A stretch of DNA of 64,000 bases from Eledone cirrhosa (GCA_964016885.1 OZ024759.1:2914001-2978000), one strand, 5' to 3'; positions 14,708 through 28,501 are shown, counted from the first letter of the stretch. The notes: a model not told the origin generated them from the sequence alone. Numbers and translations: made by a program.

Positions 14708-14913
14708 AAGACATGAGGAGGCTGTATGAGAGAGCAGTGAACCAAAGCCTGTCTGTGGCTGACGTTGAATCCATGTTATCCGTCACTCCGGTTGTTAAGG
14801 TGAAGTCCCAGAGTTATTGTCACGATGAAAACATACGCAAGGCTCTCAGGAACAAGACAATTCCAAATTACTTTGAAAGTTTGTTTGGGAAAACTTTTCT
14901 AGCTGAAGAGGAG
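14708..14913 (+). CDS. Putative internal exon A of an unidentified host gene (…DMRRLYERAVNQSLSVADVESMLSVTPVVKVKSQSYCHDENIRKALRNKTIPNYFESLFGKTFLAEEE)
   Basis: Acceptor cctttctactgcAG at 14706-14707 and donor GAG|gtgagt at 14914. Open frame in a unique island between two simple repeats. Phase 1 to phase 0. Confidence 0.8.
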
Positions 14914-14917
14914 GTGA

Positions 14918-15520
14918 GTAGTAGTGGTGGTGGTGGTGGTGGTAGTGGTGGTGATATGGTGGTGTGGTGGTGGTGGTGGTGGTGGTGGTAGTGGTGGTGG
15001 TGATATGGTGGTGTGGTGGTAGTGGTGGTGATATGGTGGTGTGGTGGTGGTGGTGGTGGTGGTGGTATGGTGGTGCGGTTGTGTGGTGGTGGTGGTATGG
15101 TGGTGTGGTGGTCTTGGTGGTGTAGTGGTGGTTGTGGTGGTGATATGGTGGTGTGGTGGTGGTAGCGGTGGTGGTGGTGGTGGTATGGTGGTGGTAGTGA
15201 TGGTATGGTGGTGTGGTGGTATGGTGGTGGTGGTGGTGGGGGTATGGTGGTGGTATGGTGGTGTGGTGGTCTTGGTGGTGTGGTGGTGGTGGTGTGATGG
15301 TGGTGGTATGGTGGTGTGGTGGTCTTGGTGGTGTGGTGGTCTTGGTGGTGTGGTGGATGTGGGGGTGGGGGTGGGGTGGGGGTAGTAGTGGTGGTGGTGG
15401 TGGTGGTGGTATGGTGGTGGTATGGTGGTGGTATGGTGGTGTGGTGGTGGTGGTATGGTGGTGGTGGGGGTATGGTGGTAGTGGTGGTGGTGGTGGTGGT
15501 ATGGTGGTGGTATGGTGGGG
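14918..15520 (+). repeat. Degenerate (GGT)n repeat filling most of the intron between exons A and B
   Basis: Directly visible. Confidence 0.95.
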
Positions 15521-15637
15521 CGCGTGAGTGTGGGGAAGGGAGTGAAAGGGTGGGGAAGGGAGGAGAGGGAGCCCTGTTGATCAATAAACCTAGAATCTTG
15601 TAATTATTGACTTTTATAACTATTTTCTGTTTACTAG

Positions 15638-15734
15638 GAAGGTAAAGTAAAGGAAGAGTTAAAGTACAGAGCTGTGTTGACGGAGGCGATAGGGGAGGCT
15701 CCACTGCAGGAAGAATCCTCACAAGTCTCCATAG
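15638..15734 (+). CDS. Putative exon B (EGKVKEELKYRAVLTEAIGEAPLQEESSQVSI-G)
   Basis: Acceptor tattttctgtttactAG, donor AG|gtgagc. 97 nt, phase 0 to 1, in frame with exon A. Confidence 0.75.
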
Positions 15735-15955
15735 GTGAGCTTTCTATATTTTACATACTTCTTAAACTCTACACTTGAATAGATAACGAGTTAACCCTTT
15801 ATCAATTACATTACTCTATATATATAATTATATGTAACACTTTACCATTTACATTACTCCATATATATATTATATTTAACACTTTACCATTTTCAATAAT
15901 CTATATATACTATTATATTTAAAACTTTACCATTTACATTACTCTATATATACTA

Positions 15956-18900
15956 CTAGCAGATTTACCCGGCGTTGCTCGGGGTTTGAAATTATGCTAA
16001 GAATATACAGCTAGGAAGTAAAAGAACAACATTATTTGTCCCTAACCTAATTAATGCAAACGAATATTTAGTGCAATCTTTGTACACATAAAACTATGCT
16101 GATAATGAAGGAAAACACTGAACAGGATGTAGTTATACAAATGATTAAAGACAATACACGTTGCAAATCTGTAAAAAAAACAGGCAGTTTTGCTAAAGTA
16201 CAAAAAGTTGTAATGAAAGCAGAGTTGTATACAAACAAAAAAAACAATAAGAGTAGAATAAGAGAAAATCTATTCTTTGAGAGCATCCTTTGCTGTGTAT
16301 GGTTAAATTTTTAACTTATAATCCAAAATATCCTGCATGACATATTCATTGGTATGTTTTGTAATGAGTAAGGTGAAGTCAAGGCAGAGCTGTAATAAGT
16401 TTTTTGTTAGCACTAAAGCACTTCAGGATAGACGATATTCTTTGTTTTTCTTTTCGGAACAAACGCAAAGAGATTATCTCGACTGCCAACTCGTGAACAG
16501 GCAACGTAGAATTGTCCGTGCGAAAAGCAAGGTTCATCCGCGTGAATTCCAGCGACGGACAGAGTTTGACCTTGCGACTTGTTTATGGACATCGCAAAGG
16601 CAACACGAAGGGGAAATTGGGTTCGGCGAAAGGAGAAGGGAGTATCCACGCCTGATGTAGTCAGGCTAATTTTTTTTATTATCACATCCTCGCCTTTTCC
16701 ACACCCGGATAGAATGGTAGCGTCAATACTAAGTGGAGACAGTTTTTTAACCACAAGGCGTGTACCATTGCATAATTTTGGAGGAGTGATATTTCTCAGC
16801 AAATTAACTGGTGTTCCCTCTTTCAGAACCAATGTATTAGGAGGTAAACCAGGAGGATTTAAAGAATTTAGAAATTCAACTGGATAATTGACCACATCCT
16901 GTGGATCACATACAGTATCAATAGATTTATATATCCGTGGACATCCTGGAAGAAGCTGAAGAAGCTGATCGTTAATACAGCTAACCGTGATATTTTGGGG
17001 TGCAAGAATGGCTCTTTCGCATAGCCAATCAAGATTCGTATAGTTATCACGCAAGTTCGGGAATACACTCGCCTTGATATCATCGACAGTTTCAACTACA
17101 TTACAGATGTGATCAATTGCTATGTATCCATCTGTATCCGGAGGTAGGTTACCATCTCCTATTGTAAGAATGTCTCCAGAAAATGTTGATGACAGAGGGT
17201 CCCCATGCAACCTTGCACGCTTGTTGGTAGTTAGTCTTAATGATGTCACTTGTTGCCACAATGGTGAAGACTTAAGACATGCATTTACCGCATTTGCTCT
17301 TGTTCCTTTCGGTATTATAGGAAGAGTCTGTCTGAAGTTTCCTGATAGCAGAAGGGTGACACCCCCCATAACATCACTGCAATCCCGTATGTCTTGCAAA
17401 GACCTGTCTAGTGCCTCAAGAGTACCTTTGTGCGCCATTGTGCACTCATCCCAAACAATAAGGTGACATCTTCGCAGCAGATGAGCCCTTTCGGAGTCTT
17501 TGGTGATATGACAAGTAGGAGTTTCCAATTTTGCCACATCAAGGGGCAATTTAAAAACTGAATGTGCCGTCCTTCCACCAGGGAGCAAAGTTGCTGCGAT
17601 TCCAGAGGACGCAACTGCTATTGCTATGTCCTTATTCTGTCTAACCTTTGCAAGAAGAAGTTTAGTAACGAAAGTTTTCCTGTCCACCCTGGAGCATCGA
17701 GGAAAAATATGCCACCTCTTCTTTGAAATACCAATTCAGTAGTGGTGGCATTAGCCAGTCGCTGATCAGCTAGAAGTTTTGGCTCATTATCTGTGACGTA
17801 GAGGCCGAGATCATGGATGTCATAAGAAGTCTCCTGTATGATATCTGTGGGAAGTTTGTTTGAGTGTGTGCGATGAGTTTCTAGTAAACCGTAGTCACGT
17901 AAAACCTTTCCTCCAATCAGAGCTAACTTGTCCTCAATATCAACAAGAGCTCTGTTGTATAATTCATTACTAAAGCCGACCTCTATTTCTGGAAGCAGCA
18001 ACTGTGCTTGGTGTCTGTAGTCGTCTGTTAGTTCATCCCTATATTTCATCCACAAGGACAGAGGATCAGAGAAGTTGCACGAGTGAAAAAGTACCGCAAA
18101 TAAATTTCTTAGGCTGGCAGGTGATTGTGAAAGAGCAACTTCCGCCATCGTTGCAGTTGCATGCGAAGATGGAAGCACTCGTGTTGGTTTGGGGGCACAG
18201 CATAAACTCTGCCCAAGCACTCGTTGAGCTTGATGCCTGGATAACCTTCGACACACTGTCCTGTTTTTCTTCGCTTCCATGTATTTTTGTCCCAGGTTTA
18301 GTAAGATGGGACTTGTGGATATATTAAGGTTTTAGCAAATGGATCTTCTTGACATAGTTTAAAGAAAGCGGTAAGAGTAGTATCCTTTGGTTCTTGTGCT
18401 AACTGAGCAGCTGATGCATTCGTAAAATATACTCTCTGACCGTTCTCCAGGTGCACTTGGAGTTTTTGAACAGCAGGATGCCGTTGATGTATAAAAAATC
18501 CTAAAATCCGCCTGAACGCTTCATTAGAATTAATGTATCTTCCAGTTTGGTACTGGGCCACTTCATCTCGGCTGTTTTCCCGAAGTAATCCAAACGTAGC
18601 AGCATCAGAGCCTTTAATAATGTACTTACAGTATTATACGTTTATGTGTGCATCAAAAATCTTTATAAAGAGTGGATTATATGTAACAACCCATCTGTTG
18701 TCAACCTCATGTTTGCCAACCCTTGCTGTGAATCCACCATGTTCGGGTCTTCTCCGGCGATATAGTGGGTTTCCGTCATGACCAGTCTGAGTGCCCTTAA
18801 GGAACTGTCGGGGAAATTTCTTTGAGAACCTAGACTTGTCCTTAACACACGGTAGGTTGTTGTGAAATCCATGTCCACATGGGCCATGCACCATGTGTGC

Positions 18901-19788
18901 TTTAACTTTTTGGTAAAGGTCCCTGTCGATTGCCGGATCCGGAAACTCAGCATAAATGACATTGTCAATTTCATCTGATCTAAGTTTTGTCTTTAATCAG
19001 ATCAGAATGTGGGCATGTGGCAAGCCTCGTTTTTGCGACTCAATTGTAAGCATGTCACATTGTACTGGGCCAAAGATTTCACCTGTTTTGATAAGTTCCA
19101 TGAGCTTAAATAACTTAAGATGGAAAACTCTAGCAATAAGATCCTGCCTGGCTGTGGCTTTTTGAATTGGAAAGAATTCTTTCTGAATCTCTTCCCATTT
19201 GGGTTTGAAGTGAAAGTAATAAACAAATCTGGTTTACCGAAATGGCTTTGCTTATGAAAGTTTTAAAAATGAAAAAGTTGTAGGTCCCAATGATTTGAAT
19301 GGAAAGTCCCATAAGGATTGTTCTAAAAATAAACAAACCATCATCAAAATCTCGTCAATTCGAGACTGCTGCGAGATTATGCCCTTAACGTGAAAATTAA
19401 TACTTAATATAGTGAAACAAGATAAAAAAAAGTGTTTATTTAACTTTGAAAGTGCAACAGAGAATAAACAAGAAACAAAAGATAATATTAGTGATTTATC
19501 TTCAAATAAATGTGATGTTTATATTGAAAAGTTGGTTATCTCCCATTTTATAAGGATTGTCAATAAAGTTTATCCCCCTTACATCAATTTTTCTACTGAT
19601 AATTTTGATATCGATGTTTTATTGCTCAACGTGGGTCGATTTGAAACATATTTGTGATGTGACAATCTTAGCGACGTGTGCAACGGGCACAGACAATTTG
19701 GTCAAATTCAGTTTGTAATTGTGAAAGCCTTAAGCATGCAAATTTGTACACAGACATACACATCCTTGCTTTTATATATATATAAAGA
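15956..19788 (-). mobile_element. Helitron with both termini and a decayed, internally deleted Rep/Helicase gene
   Basis: Minus strand reads A|TC…cccgagcaacgccggg hairpin…CTAG|T, with no TSD. Rep motifs FITFTSNP and IESQKRGLPHAHIL. Pif1 helicase motifs ASSGIAATLLPGGRTAHS, IVWDE and FAMSINKSQGQTL. Confidence 0.93.
16413..19226 (-). pseudogene. Helitron RepHel (HUH endonuclease plus Pif1-family helicase), frameshifted
   Basis: ORF pieces 19002-19226, 18634-18974, 18298-18561, 17624-18280 and 16413-17687. Confidence 0.9.
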
Positions 19789-19831
19789 TTATATTTAACC
19801 CTTTACTATTTACATTACTCTATATATACTA

Positions 19832-20670
19832 CTAGCAGTAAAGCCCGGCGTTGCTCGGGGTCGCTCAGTAGCTGTGTTAAAGTTACAATGTTAAGTTTCT
19901 TTCTTGGCTTAAAAACTGTAGTGTCTACTGTGCAGAATTGCATGTGGTGTTTTTGATTAATATTCCCTCAACCAACAATATGCCTTATGAAGTTAAGAAA
20001 ACATAACGATAACCCGAATGTTATAACAAAAGAGGATGCTGGGGATAGAAACTGCACTGGTTATTTATTAACAAAGATCGAAAATGTAAACACTGCAACG
20101 CAGAGAAAAACATTAGCGTAACCAAATTATCAGTTATGTCTGTCTGCACGCCTATATCACCTCTCTGCACGACTGTCTGTCTGCACGCCTATATCACCTC
20201 TCTGCACGGCTGTCTGTCTGCACGACTGTCTGTCTGCACGCCTAACGACGAAATATTTGCTTGTTTTACGTAGTCTTTAAATAGACTTGTTTTCAAGTAA
20301 AAATATTGTTTTAAAATGCTTTTAAATGGAAATGAAGCAAAACGGAAGCGTAGTGTTCGAACTGATGAATTTTGCAGGTCAATATTTTGCTGGCTCGACA
20401 ACTGTTAAAGCCAGCGTAATTTTTTACGTAAGACGCTCAATGTAAACAGAACAAAGGGAAATAACTGATAACTTACGCTCAAAAATCGATACATTATATT
20501 CGATTTCGTCACATAGGGTGGGTCAATTTGAAATTTTTTTTTCCGATGTCTTCGCTAGGGCTCAATGTACAAGTATAGCAATTTCGGTGCAATTCCGTGA
20601 GAGATTCTAAGAGGAGATGTGTGCCGAAAATCGATAGACAGACAGACAACCACAGTTTTATATATATAGA
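19832..20670 (-). mobile_element. Non-autonomous Helitron (839 bp) with an internal minisatellite at about 20137-20243
   Basis: Minus strand reads A|TC…ccccgagcaacgccgggctttactgCTAG|T. The 3' hairpin is the same as in the neighbouring Helitron; no coding sequence. Confidence 0.88.
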
Positions 20671-21865
20671 TTATATATAACACTTTACGATTTACATTAC
20701 TCTATATAAACTATTATATTTAACACTTTACCATTTACATTACTCTATATATACTATTATATTTAACCCTTTACCATTTACATTACTCTATATACTATTA
20801 TATTTAATCCTTTACCATTTACATTACTCTATATATACTATTATATTTAACACTTTACCATTTACATTACTCTATATATACTATTATATTTAACACTTTA
20901 CCATTTACATTACTATATATATACTATTATATTTAATCCTTTACCATTTACATTACTCTATATACTATTATATTTAACCCTTTACCATTTACATTACTCT
21001 ATATATACTATTATATTTAACACTGTACCATTTACATTACTCTATATATACTATTATATTTAACACTTTACCATTTACATTACTCTATATATACTATTAT
21101 ATTTAACCCTTTACCATTTACATTACTCTATATACTATTATATTTAATCCTTTACCATTTACATTACTCTATATATACTATTATATTTAACACTTTACCA
21201 TTTACATTACTCTATATATACTATTATATTTAACACTTTACCATTTACATTACTCTATATATACTATTATATTTAACACTTTACCATTTACATTACTCTA
21301 TATATACTATTATATTTAACACTTTACCATTTACATTACTCTATATATACTATTATATTTAACACTTTACCATTTATATTACTATATATATACTATTATA
21401 TTTAATCCTTTACCATTTACATTACTCTATATACTATTATATTTAACCCTTTACCATTTACATTACTCTATATATACTATTATATTTAACACTGTACCAT
21501 TTACATTACTATATATATACTATTATATTTAAACCTTTACAATTTATATTACTCTATATACTTTTATATTAACCCATTACCATTTACATTCCTCTATATA
21601 TACTATTGTATTGTCACAGTAAAAGCTTTACCTCACATAATATCTCACATAACATCTCGTATACGAGAGACGTGTGTTGACGTGTGTGAACAAGCTCGGC
21701 TACCGAGTTGGATTTACTTACTCAAAAGTGAGTTTTGATTAATTGTTTTATACTGTAATATACGTTAACCCCTTGCCTTGGTCGTCAAACTGTGAGTTTA
21801 TTTATTTTCACCCCTTTTGGGGGCGAATTTTCCTTTTAAACATTTATTACGGCAAACTGATAGAA

Positions 21866-23578
21866 ATGGACGGAATTTTCACATCTCATCCTAACGAGAA
21901 AGCCACGCCCCCTAAGAAAGGTGATACAGAGAAGCTAGAAGCACAAGGCTCTAAGTCTTCCCTCCTCACTTCTGCAAAAGAAACATGGAACACGGAATTA
22001 AAAGAAAAATTTGCAAAAATGGGTGAAAACCCAGAAAGTCACATAAACGCAGACAAAAACAACAATGACAATAACAGCACGATCAACAACAGCAATAGTC
22101 ACAACACCAACCAAGGAAAAAATAACGATAACACCAAACAAAGCGAACCCACTACTGGTGCCTCCTTTGCACAGGCGGTCCGAAGAACACAGACCTGCAA
22201 GCAACTGGACATTACAACTCTGAGAGAAAAGATGAAGGAAGCAAAACAGTATGTAACTTTCAAAGAAGGGGGAGGCTTCACAATCACCTCCCCACAAGAA
22301 ATCAAAAGAGACACGACACTAAGAACGATATCTTTCAGAACAATTTCCAACATAACAAGGAAACCAGCTCAATTATCCCAAAAAGAAATTGAGCTGGTCC
22401 TAAAAAATGTGTGGAGTGATATATCGTTCATACAAAAAGGGCCACTCTATGGGAATATAACGGTGCTAATGAAGGATCAATTGACGGCCAGGAAATACTC
22501 TGTGTCGCCAATTGTTTCCAAGCTACACACATTTTCCCCCACATATTTGGGAGAAAGAACTAAAAAAATAAGAGTCTCCGGAATCCGGCCAAATCCATGG
22601 GTACTAACAGGATTTTTAGAAGACGAGAACGGAATCCTCTCAGTAGGAGAAGTCACCACAGACGTTTTCGGCGGTTTGAGCGTGGAGGTTCTGGTCTAAA
22701 TGAGACCAGAACGAATAGCCAGAATACCACAGAGGGTGTCCCTCGATGGAGAAACATTTATATACATTTCAGCCGAGGGTAGGAGGCCCATATGTTACTA
22801 CTGTTCAAGCAGGGGTCATCTAAGGGCTGCCTGTCCTCAATTGACAAAAAAAGGCTATTTTGCCTACACCCCACAGACCACCACCGCCACCACCACAACA
22901 ACAACAAAAACAACACGGAAAAATAACACAAGACACGGCCCCACCCAAAACAACTCCAAAAACACACACAAACACAACAAAACCCCAAAATACACCACTA
23001 CCCGACAGCACGGACGAGGACCCAGCTGAAACGGCACCTAGTGACGAAGAGGGGGGACCCTTCCAACCTGTAAAAAGTAAAAAAAGAAAGCACCACTCGA
23101 ACATAAACGAAACAAACACACAACCACCAACAAAAGCAAAACAAACAGAACAAACAAAATCCGCCCACCCCAAAACATAACACATACAACAAAACGTAAG
23201 CACACACAAGAACAACAAACAAACACAACGCAAATAAAACAGTACACATACATTAACACAAATAAAGAACTAGTAAAAACAATACACAAAGACCCTTCGA
23301 TGGAAACTGAAGGGCAATTCTTTGCAAGCGCGGCCAACAAACCGCATTTAAAAATGATAAGACTCCCAATGGACACCTATGCAAAACTAAGAGAGAACTT
23401 TCCTGAGGACGTGGGGAAAACATGTACTCGACCCTATAACCGCGTCCTCTTGAAACGTTTCCCCACCCACACCTCACCAAACACCCCCACCCCACCACAG
23501 AACAACACCCCACCAAACAACCCCTCCAATACGCCCATGGATATTGTGCAACATGCTCCTCAGGAGCCGAACAGGTAG
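21866..23578 (+). pseudogene. LINE ORF1 (gag-like, zinc knuckle CYYCSSRGHLRAAC)
   Basis: Premature TAA at 22697-22699 (CAA in copy 2) and later frameshifts. Confidence 0.8.
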
Positions 23579-23599
23579 GTCCTTCCTCTTTTAACCAAC

Positions 23600-26500
23600 A
23601 TGGCTGATATAAGAGTTGGGTGTCTGAATGTACGCGGCCTGGAACTGTCTTGGAAACAAGGCAAACTTTTAAACGATCTCAGGTCGCATAGAATGGATGT
23701 AATGGCTATTTGCGAGTCCAGGATCAGCAGCGAGCACCAACTGGCGCCCCTCTTCGACAACTTTGAGATCTTCGCATCTCTCTGTCAACCGGCGATGGGG
23801 GTGGAGTTGTCGTTCTGCTGCGAAAACACCTGGGCCTCGCCATACAGAAGGTGCACCTGGACACGGAGGGTCGACTGGTGGTTTTAGACGTCGGCAGTAG
23901 TGAAAGTGGAGCCCTTAGACTAATTGCTGTGTACTAATTGGGCAGCGCGGCCGGAATACTTTCAACGTCTGGAAACTTTTCTGGGAACGTCCCGCTCCTT
24001 GCTTTTAGTGGGGGACTGGAATGGTATCCTGGATGCACGTTGGGACTATGTAGGGGCATGTGCCAATAGAGGGGGGGGGTGTAAAAGCCTCAAAAGGTTA
24101 ATCGGCCGATTTGACCTGGCCGATAGATATCGACTAGATTTTCCGACTGTACCACTATGGACGTGGACCAATCGTAGTGGAACATCCAGGTCGTTCCTAG
24201 ATAGGGTCCTAGTTAGAGATAAGGATAGGGACACATTTAGCTGTCCAAAAATGTTCATAGTTGACTATTCGGATCACAAGTTAGTGACCTGCATAGCCAA
24301 CCTTGATAGAACCCATAGACAGGGACCCGGTTACTGGAAGCTGAACTTGTCCTTACCAACAAGCAAAGCTTACAGTAAACGGATTAGCACGTTAGTTAAG
24401 CAGAGTTTGACAGGGGCAATTGTCAACAACAGGTGGTGGAGCTCTCTTAAGAGAGCAATTAGAATAGAATCGATAGGTTTTAGTCAGGAATTAGCAAGGG
24501 ATAGGAACAAGACGGAAAGGGAATTAGTAGATAGAGTAGAAGAGGCGATTAGGAGTGGCAATGTAGCCAGCGTGCTGGCATCAAGAATGGCCTTAGACCA
24601 GGTCTTTGATGTGAAGCACGAGGGCTGCGTTGTCAAGAGTAAAATACGTGCTCTGGGTAATGAGGGAGCCAAAGCTGTTAGCTGGGCCCGAGTGACAGAG
24701 GCAAAAAGTGGGAACAAGTCCACGATTCGGTCTTTGAAGGACCAGGATGGGCGTGTGATCCTTGAACCTGGGTAAATGTGTGCGGCCTTTCAGTGGCACT
24801 TTGCACGACTGTTCGAGAGATGCGGCGCGCCGGGTGAGACTGTGGATTTCAATCCATACCTCGACGGTCTGCCGCGCCTCTCGGACGCGGAGGCGAAGTC
24901 TTGCGAAAGGCCGATTTCACCTGCTGAGATAGGGGCGGCGCTGAGCCAATGCGGCAAACGCAAATCCCGGGTCTCGATGGTCTACCATACGAGCTATATG
25001 TAGCGATGCCGGACTTGTTCTCCGATATCCTCGAAGCGGTCTACTGCAACTGGCAGCATAACGGGAGAATTCCCAGTTCTGTGGCCAAGGGCGTAGTTAC
25101 GCTGGTGAGGAAGGACGAGAACAAGGGGGATGACATAAGTAACTTCAGGCCCATAACTCTGCTGAATGCAGAGTTAAAGATTTTGGCCAAGGTGTTAGCG
25201 AAGAGGTTGGCGCTTGTCGTCGGAAACCTTGTGGCAGAAGCGCAGACATGCGTAATCCCGTCCAGGTCCATTCACGACAAACTCCACCTTATGCGATACA
25301 TCATAGAGAGGGTAGGGAATGAACCCGGCTTTGGTGGGGCCCTGATCAACTTGGATCAATCTAAAGCTTTCGATAGGGTTGACCATCGTTACCTGGATGC
25401 GGTGCTCGCGGCGGCAGGCTTCGGACCCGTTTTCAGGGGTTGGATTGCTGCGATGCACAGTAGCAACGTCTGCTCAAGGGTCAAGGTGAACGGCCACCTC
25501 TCGGAGCCGTTCCAAATCATGCGATCCATCCGACAGGGATGCCCTCTCTACTCCCTTCTGTATGTGCTGGCTCTTGAGCCACTACTGCGGAAGTTGGAGC
25601 GGTTGCAAGGCATCCCTTTGGAACCGGGATTGCAGAAAGCGGCGTCGGCCTACGGCGATGACGTGACAGTAATGGTGTCGAAAACCTCGCAAATCGGTGA
25701 GATCGGCACCTTACTGGAGGAATATGAAAGGTTTACAGGAGCCAAGCTGAACCGGGACAAGTCCGTCGGTTTGCAACTCGGAACATGGAGAGGCAAACCG
25801 ATGCCCTCCAACGACGTCGTCGGACGCTGGACGGAGGGCCCGGTGAAGCTGCTTGGGGTCTGGTTCAGACCAGACCTCCAGGTGGAGAAAAACTGGAACG
25901 AGGTAACGGCCAGGGTGTTTGCACTCACCCAGAAGTGGGCCCAGTGCAAACTATCCCTGAAAGGTCGAGCGGAGGTGGCGAATACTTATATAACATCCGT
26001 CATCTACTACCGCTTGACCGTCGTGCCTTGCCCAGTGAAAAGACTCGCCAAAATGGAGTACGCGCTGTTCCAATTTCTTTGGAACAAGCGGACCCCTTTG
26101 GTGAGGAGATCCATCTGCTGTCAACATCCTTCGAAAGGAGGGCTGGGGATGCCGTGGCTACAGATGCGTAAACACGCATTAAGGCTACGGCACCTCCAGG
26201 TATTCCTCACCGGTCAACCGGTATGGGCCCCGTTTGTGAGGCGAGCCTTTCCCAGACTCGTCTCGCTCACCGAGCTGCAATCCTAGGTCAAGCAAAGACC
26301 GAGAAAAGTGGGCGACTGGCACATTGAATGTGCCCAGGCGCTCACGGCCCTCTGGAAAGCGCACCCGGCAATCAGAGGAGACTCCACCTCGACATTCTAT
26401 AGAGGGTTGGTACGCAGCAGGTGCGACGATGCTCTCGGAGAAGCTCTAGGCATGGAGGAAGATGAACTGGCCAGTTTGTTCGGTAGGACGTTTGGCCCTG

Positions 26501-27033
26501 GACCGATGGACAACTTCCAAAAGTCCCTGGCTTGGCAGTGCTACCGAGGGGCTCTACCCGTTCGAGACAAGCTCCACAGGCATGGGAGCCTGGGTAGGGA
26601 TCCTTTGAATAAGATCTGTCCGAGATGCGTGCATGACGACGAAACCGTTGCGCACGCATTCGTACACTGCCCAGGCATTGCTGACCTGTGGGGCTATGTG
26701 GAACGACTACTGTCGAGGGTGGGACCAATCCGGTTGACCACCGAGTCCATTGTCACGATCAAACCGCCTCCCCCTTTCAAAAACGAAGGAGAGGCGGTTT
26801 TTCTCTGTGTGATAGCCATGGCTAAAGAAGTTGTATGGTGGACGAGGCTGAAAGGGCTGAGGTCAGACACCTTTCTCTCCGGCCAACAACTGGTCCCCTT
26901 TTTCAAATACCATTTTAAAAGAAGGATCAGAATGGAGAGAGAGGTGCTCTACCCCAGCAAGTTTTATGAAAGGTGGGTGAAAGTAGGGAGAATGGCCAGA
27001 GTGAATGGGTCTTCTCTCTATATCAGCCTGTAG
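23600..27033 (+). pseudogene. LINE ORF2 (APE endonuclease, reverse transcriptase, C-terminal zinc finger)
   Basis: LNVRGL, VGDWN, LDRVL, SDH; PGLDG, FRPITLLN, LDQSKAFD, RQGCPL, AYGDD; CPRC…ETVAHAFVHC. Several stops and frameshifts. Confidence 0.92.
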
Positions 27034-28501
27034 GTGAAAGAAGAGGAAAATGAGGAGACGAGGGAAGCACCTACTCTTTGTGCTCCTGAGGAGAAGGGTT
27101 GCACATTTTTTCCGGGGTGTGTGCGACCCATGTTAATGCCCCCTCCCTATTGAGGACTTCGTTTGTTGTTGTTATTTCATTGTTATATTTTTGTACTCGT
27201 TAATTATATGTAAACTTCCCCCTTATATCTGTCCCTACCTTTTGTGCCCTGGTGGCAAATAAAGAAATCACTCTATATACTATTATATGTAACACTTTAC
27301 CATTTACATTACTCTATATATACTATTTTATTTAACACTTTACCCACCGAGGTTAACTTTGCCTTTCATCCTTCCGGGGTCGATAGAATAAAGTACCAGT
27401 AATGCATTGGGTAATTGCTGGCCTTGTGCCAAATGTAGAAACAATTATATTTAACACTTTACCATTTACATTACTCTATATATACTATTATATTTAACAC
27501 TTTACTATTTACATTACTCTATATACTATTATATTTAACACTTTACCATTTACATTACTCTATATATACTATTATATTTTCATTGTAAAGGATTTACCTC
27601 ACATAATACTGAATCTATGAGATTTTGATATTATCTATTTTGAGAACAATACCTTAACATCAGTATGAATGGCCAGCTATGGCTTGTTTGAACAGAAAGA
27701 GGTGAGATAATTCTGGATGGATTAAATTGTAGAGTAGCTGATCATCATGATCATCATCATTGTCAGCATAATCATCATCATCATTTTACATCTATTCTTT
27801 GTGCTTCGAAGGGTTAGATGGGTTATGGGGTTTGACAGGTTAGGTGACCATGTCTTGCTTTTATAGATCAGTTTAGGGGGTCGGTTTCTATAGCTGGATG
27901 TCCTTCCTAATACCAACCACTTTACTATTTGTACTGGGATCATTTTTTCATTACAGTGAGGACTGGGTGTCTTTTGTTGTAGCATCAGCACTACCATTTT
28001 ACAGGGTGAACTGGGTGTCTTTTATCATGAAACCTGCACTATCACTTTACAGGATGGACTAAGTGCTTTATTATTGTGGAACCAGCACCAGAGGGGCATT
28101 GATGTGAGTGGGTGGGGATAAAAACAACTGTGGGAGAAGACGTGTAGTATTGTTGAGGTGAGCTAAACCTACATTGGTGTGAGCTGTATTAATAACATGA
28201 TAGGATTCAGCCTTCTCATTAAAACACCTAAGAAAGCACCTATGAAATGCAACCTCTAAGGAGACCACACAAATCTACATATGTGTTAGCTGTAGCAACA
28301 TGGTAGAACTGGGGTCCCTATCATTGAGACACCCAAGAAACCTCCTATAAGATATAACCTTGTAGGAGGCCATCTAAACCTACATATGTGTAATGTATTA
28401 TTGAACAACAGTGGGTTATGTGGTATATTTAGGGGAAAGTTAGTCTGGCAAGGACTTGATCTTCTCCTGGTGTTTGTATCTCTCTAATGATTATTTTTCA
28501 G

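Larger units (their letters stand above)
15790..21610 (+). repeat. 43-bp (41-43) satellite tttaccatttacattactctatatatactattatatttaacac, interrupted by two Helitrons; main array 20671-21610, more units 27270-27580
   Basis: Period of 43 (cactttacca at 21191 and 21234). Confidence 0.92.
21643..27268 (+). mobile_element. Near full-length L1/Tx1-clade LINE, copy 1 (inactivated)
   Basis: ORF1 with CCHC knuckle, ORF2 APE-RT-zinc finger, 3' end ggcaaataaagaaat. The 5' boundary is approximate. Confidence 0.92.

Noticed and set aside
3745-14716. Giant ORFs of 798-3537 aa
   Set aside because: The 31-bp unit has no stop codon on the + strand, so all three frames are open with the same peptide. This is a repeat artefact.
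14868-15722. His/Pro/Thr-rich minus-strand ORF
   Set aside because: It is the antisense translation of the (GGT)n repeat.
16413-17687. Cellular PIF1 helicase gene
   Set aside because: It is intronless, frameshifted at Walker A, downstream of Rep motifs and inside Helitron termini.
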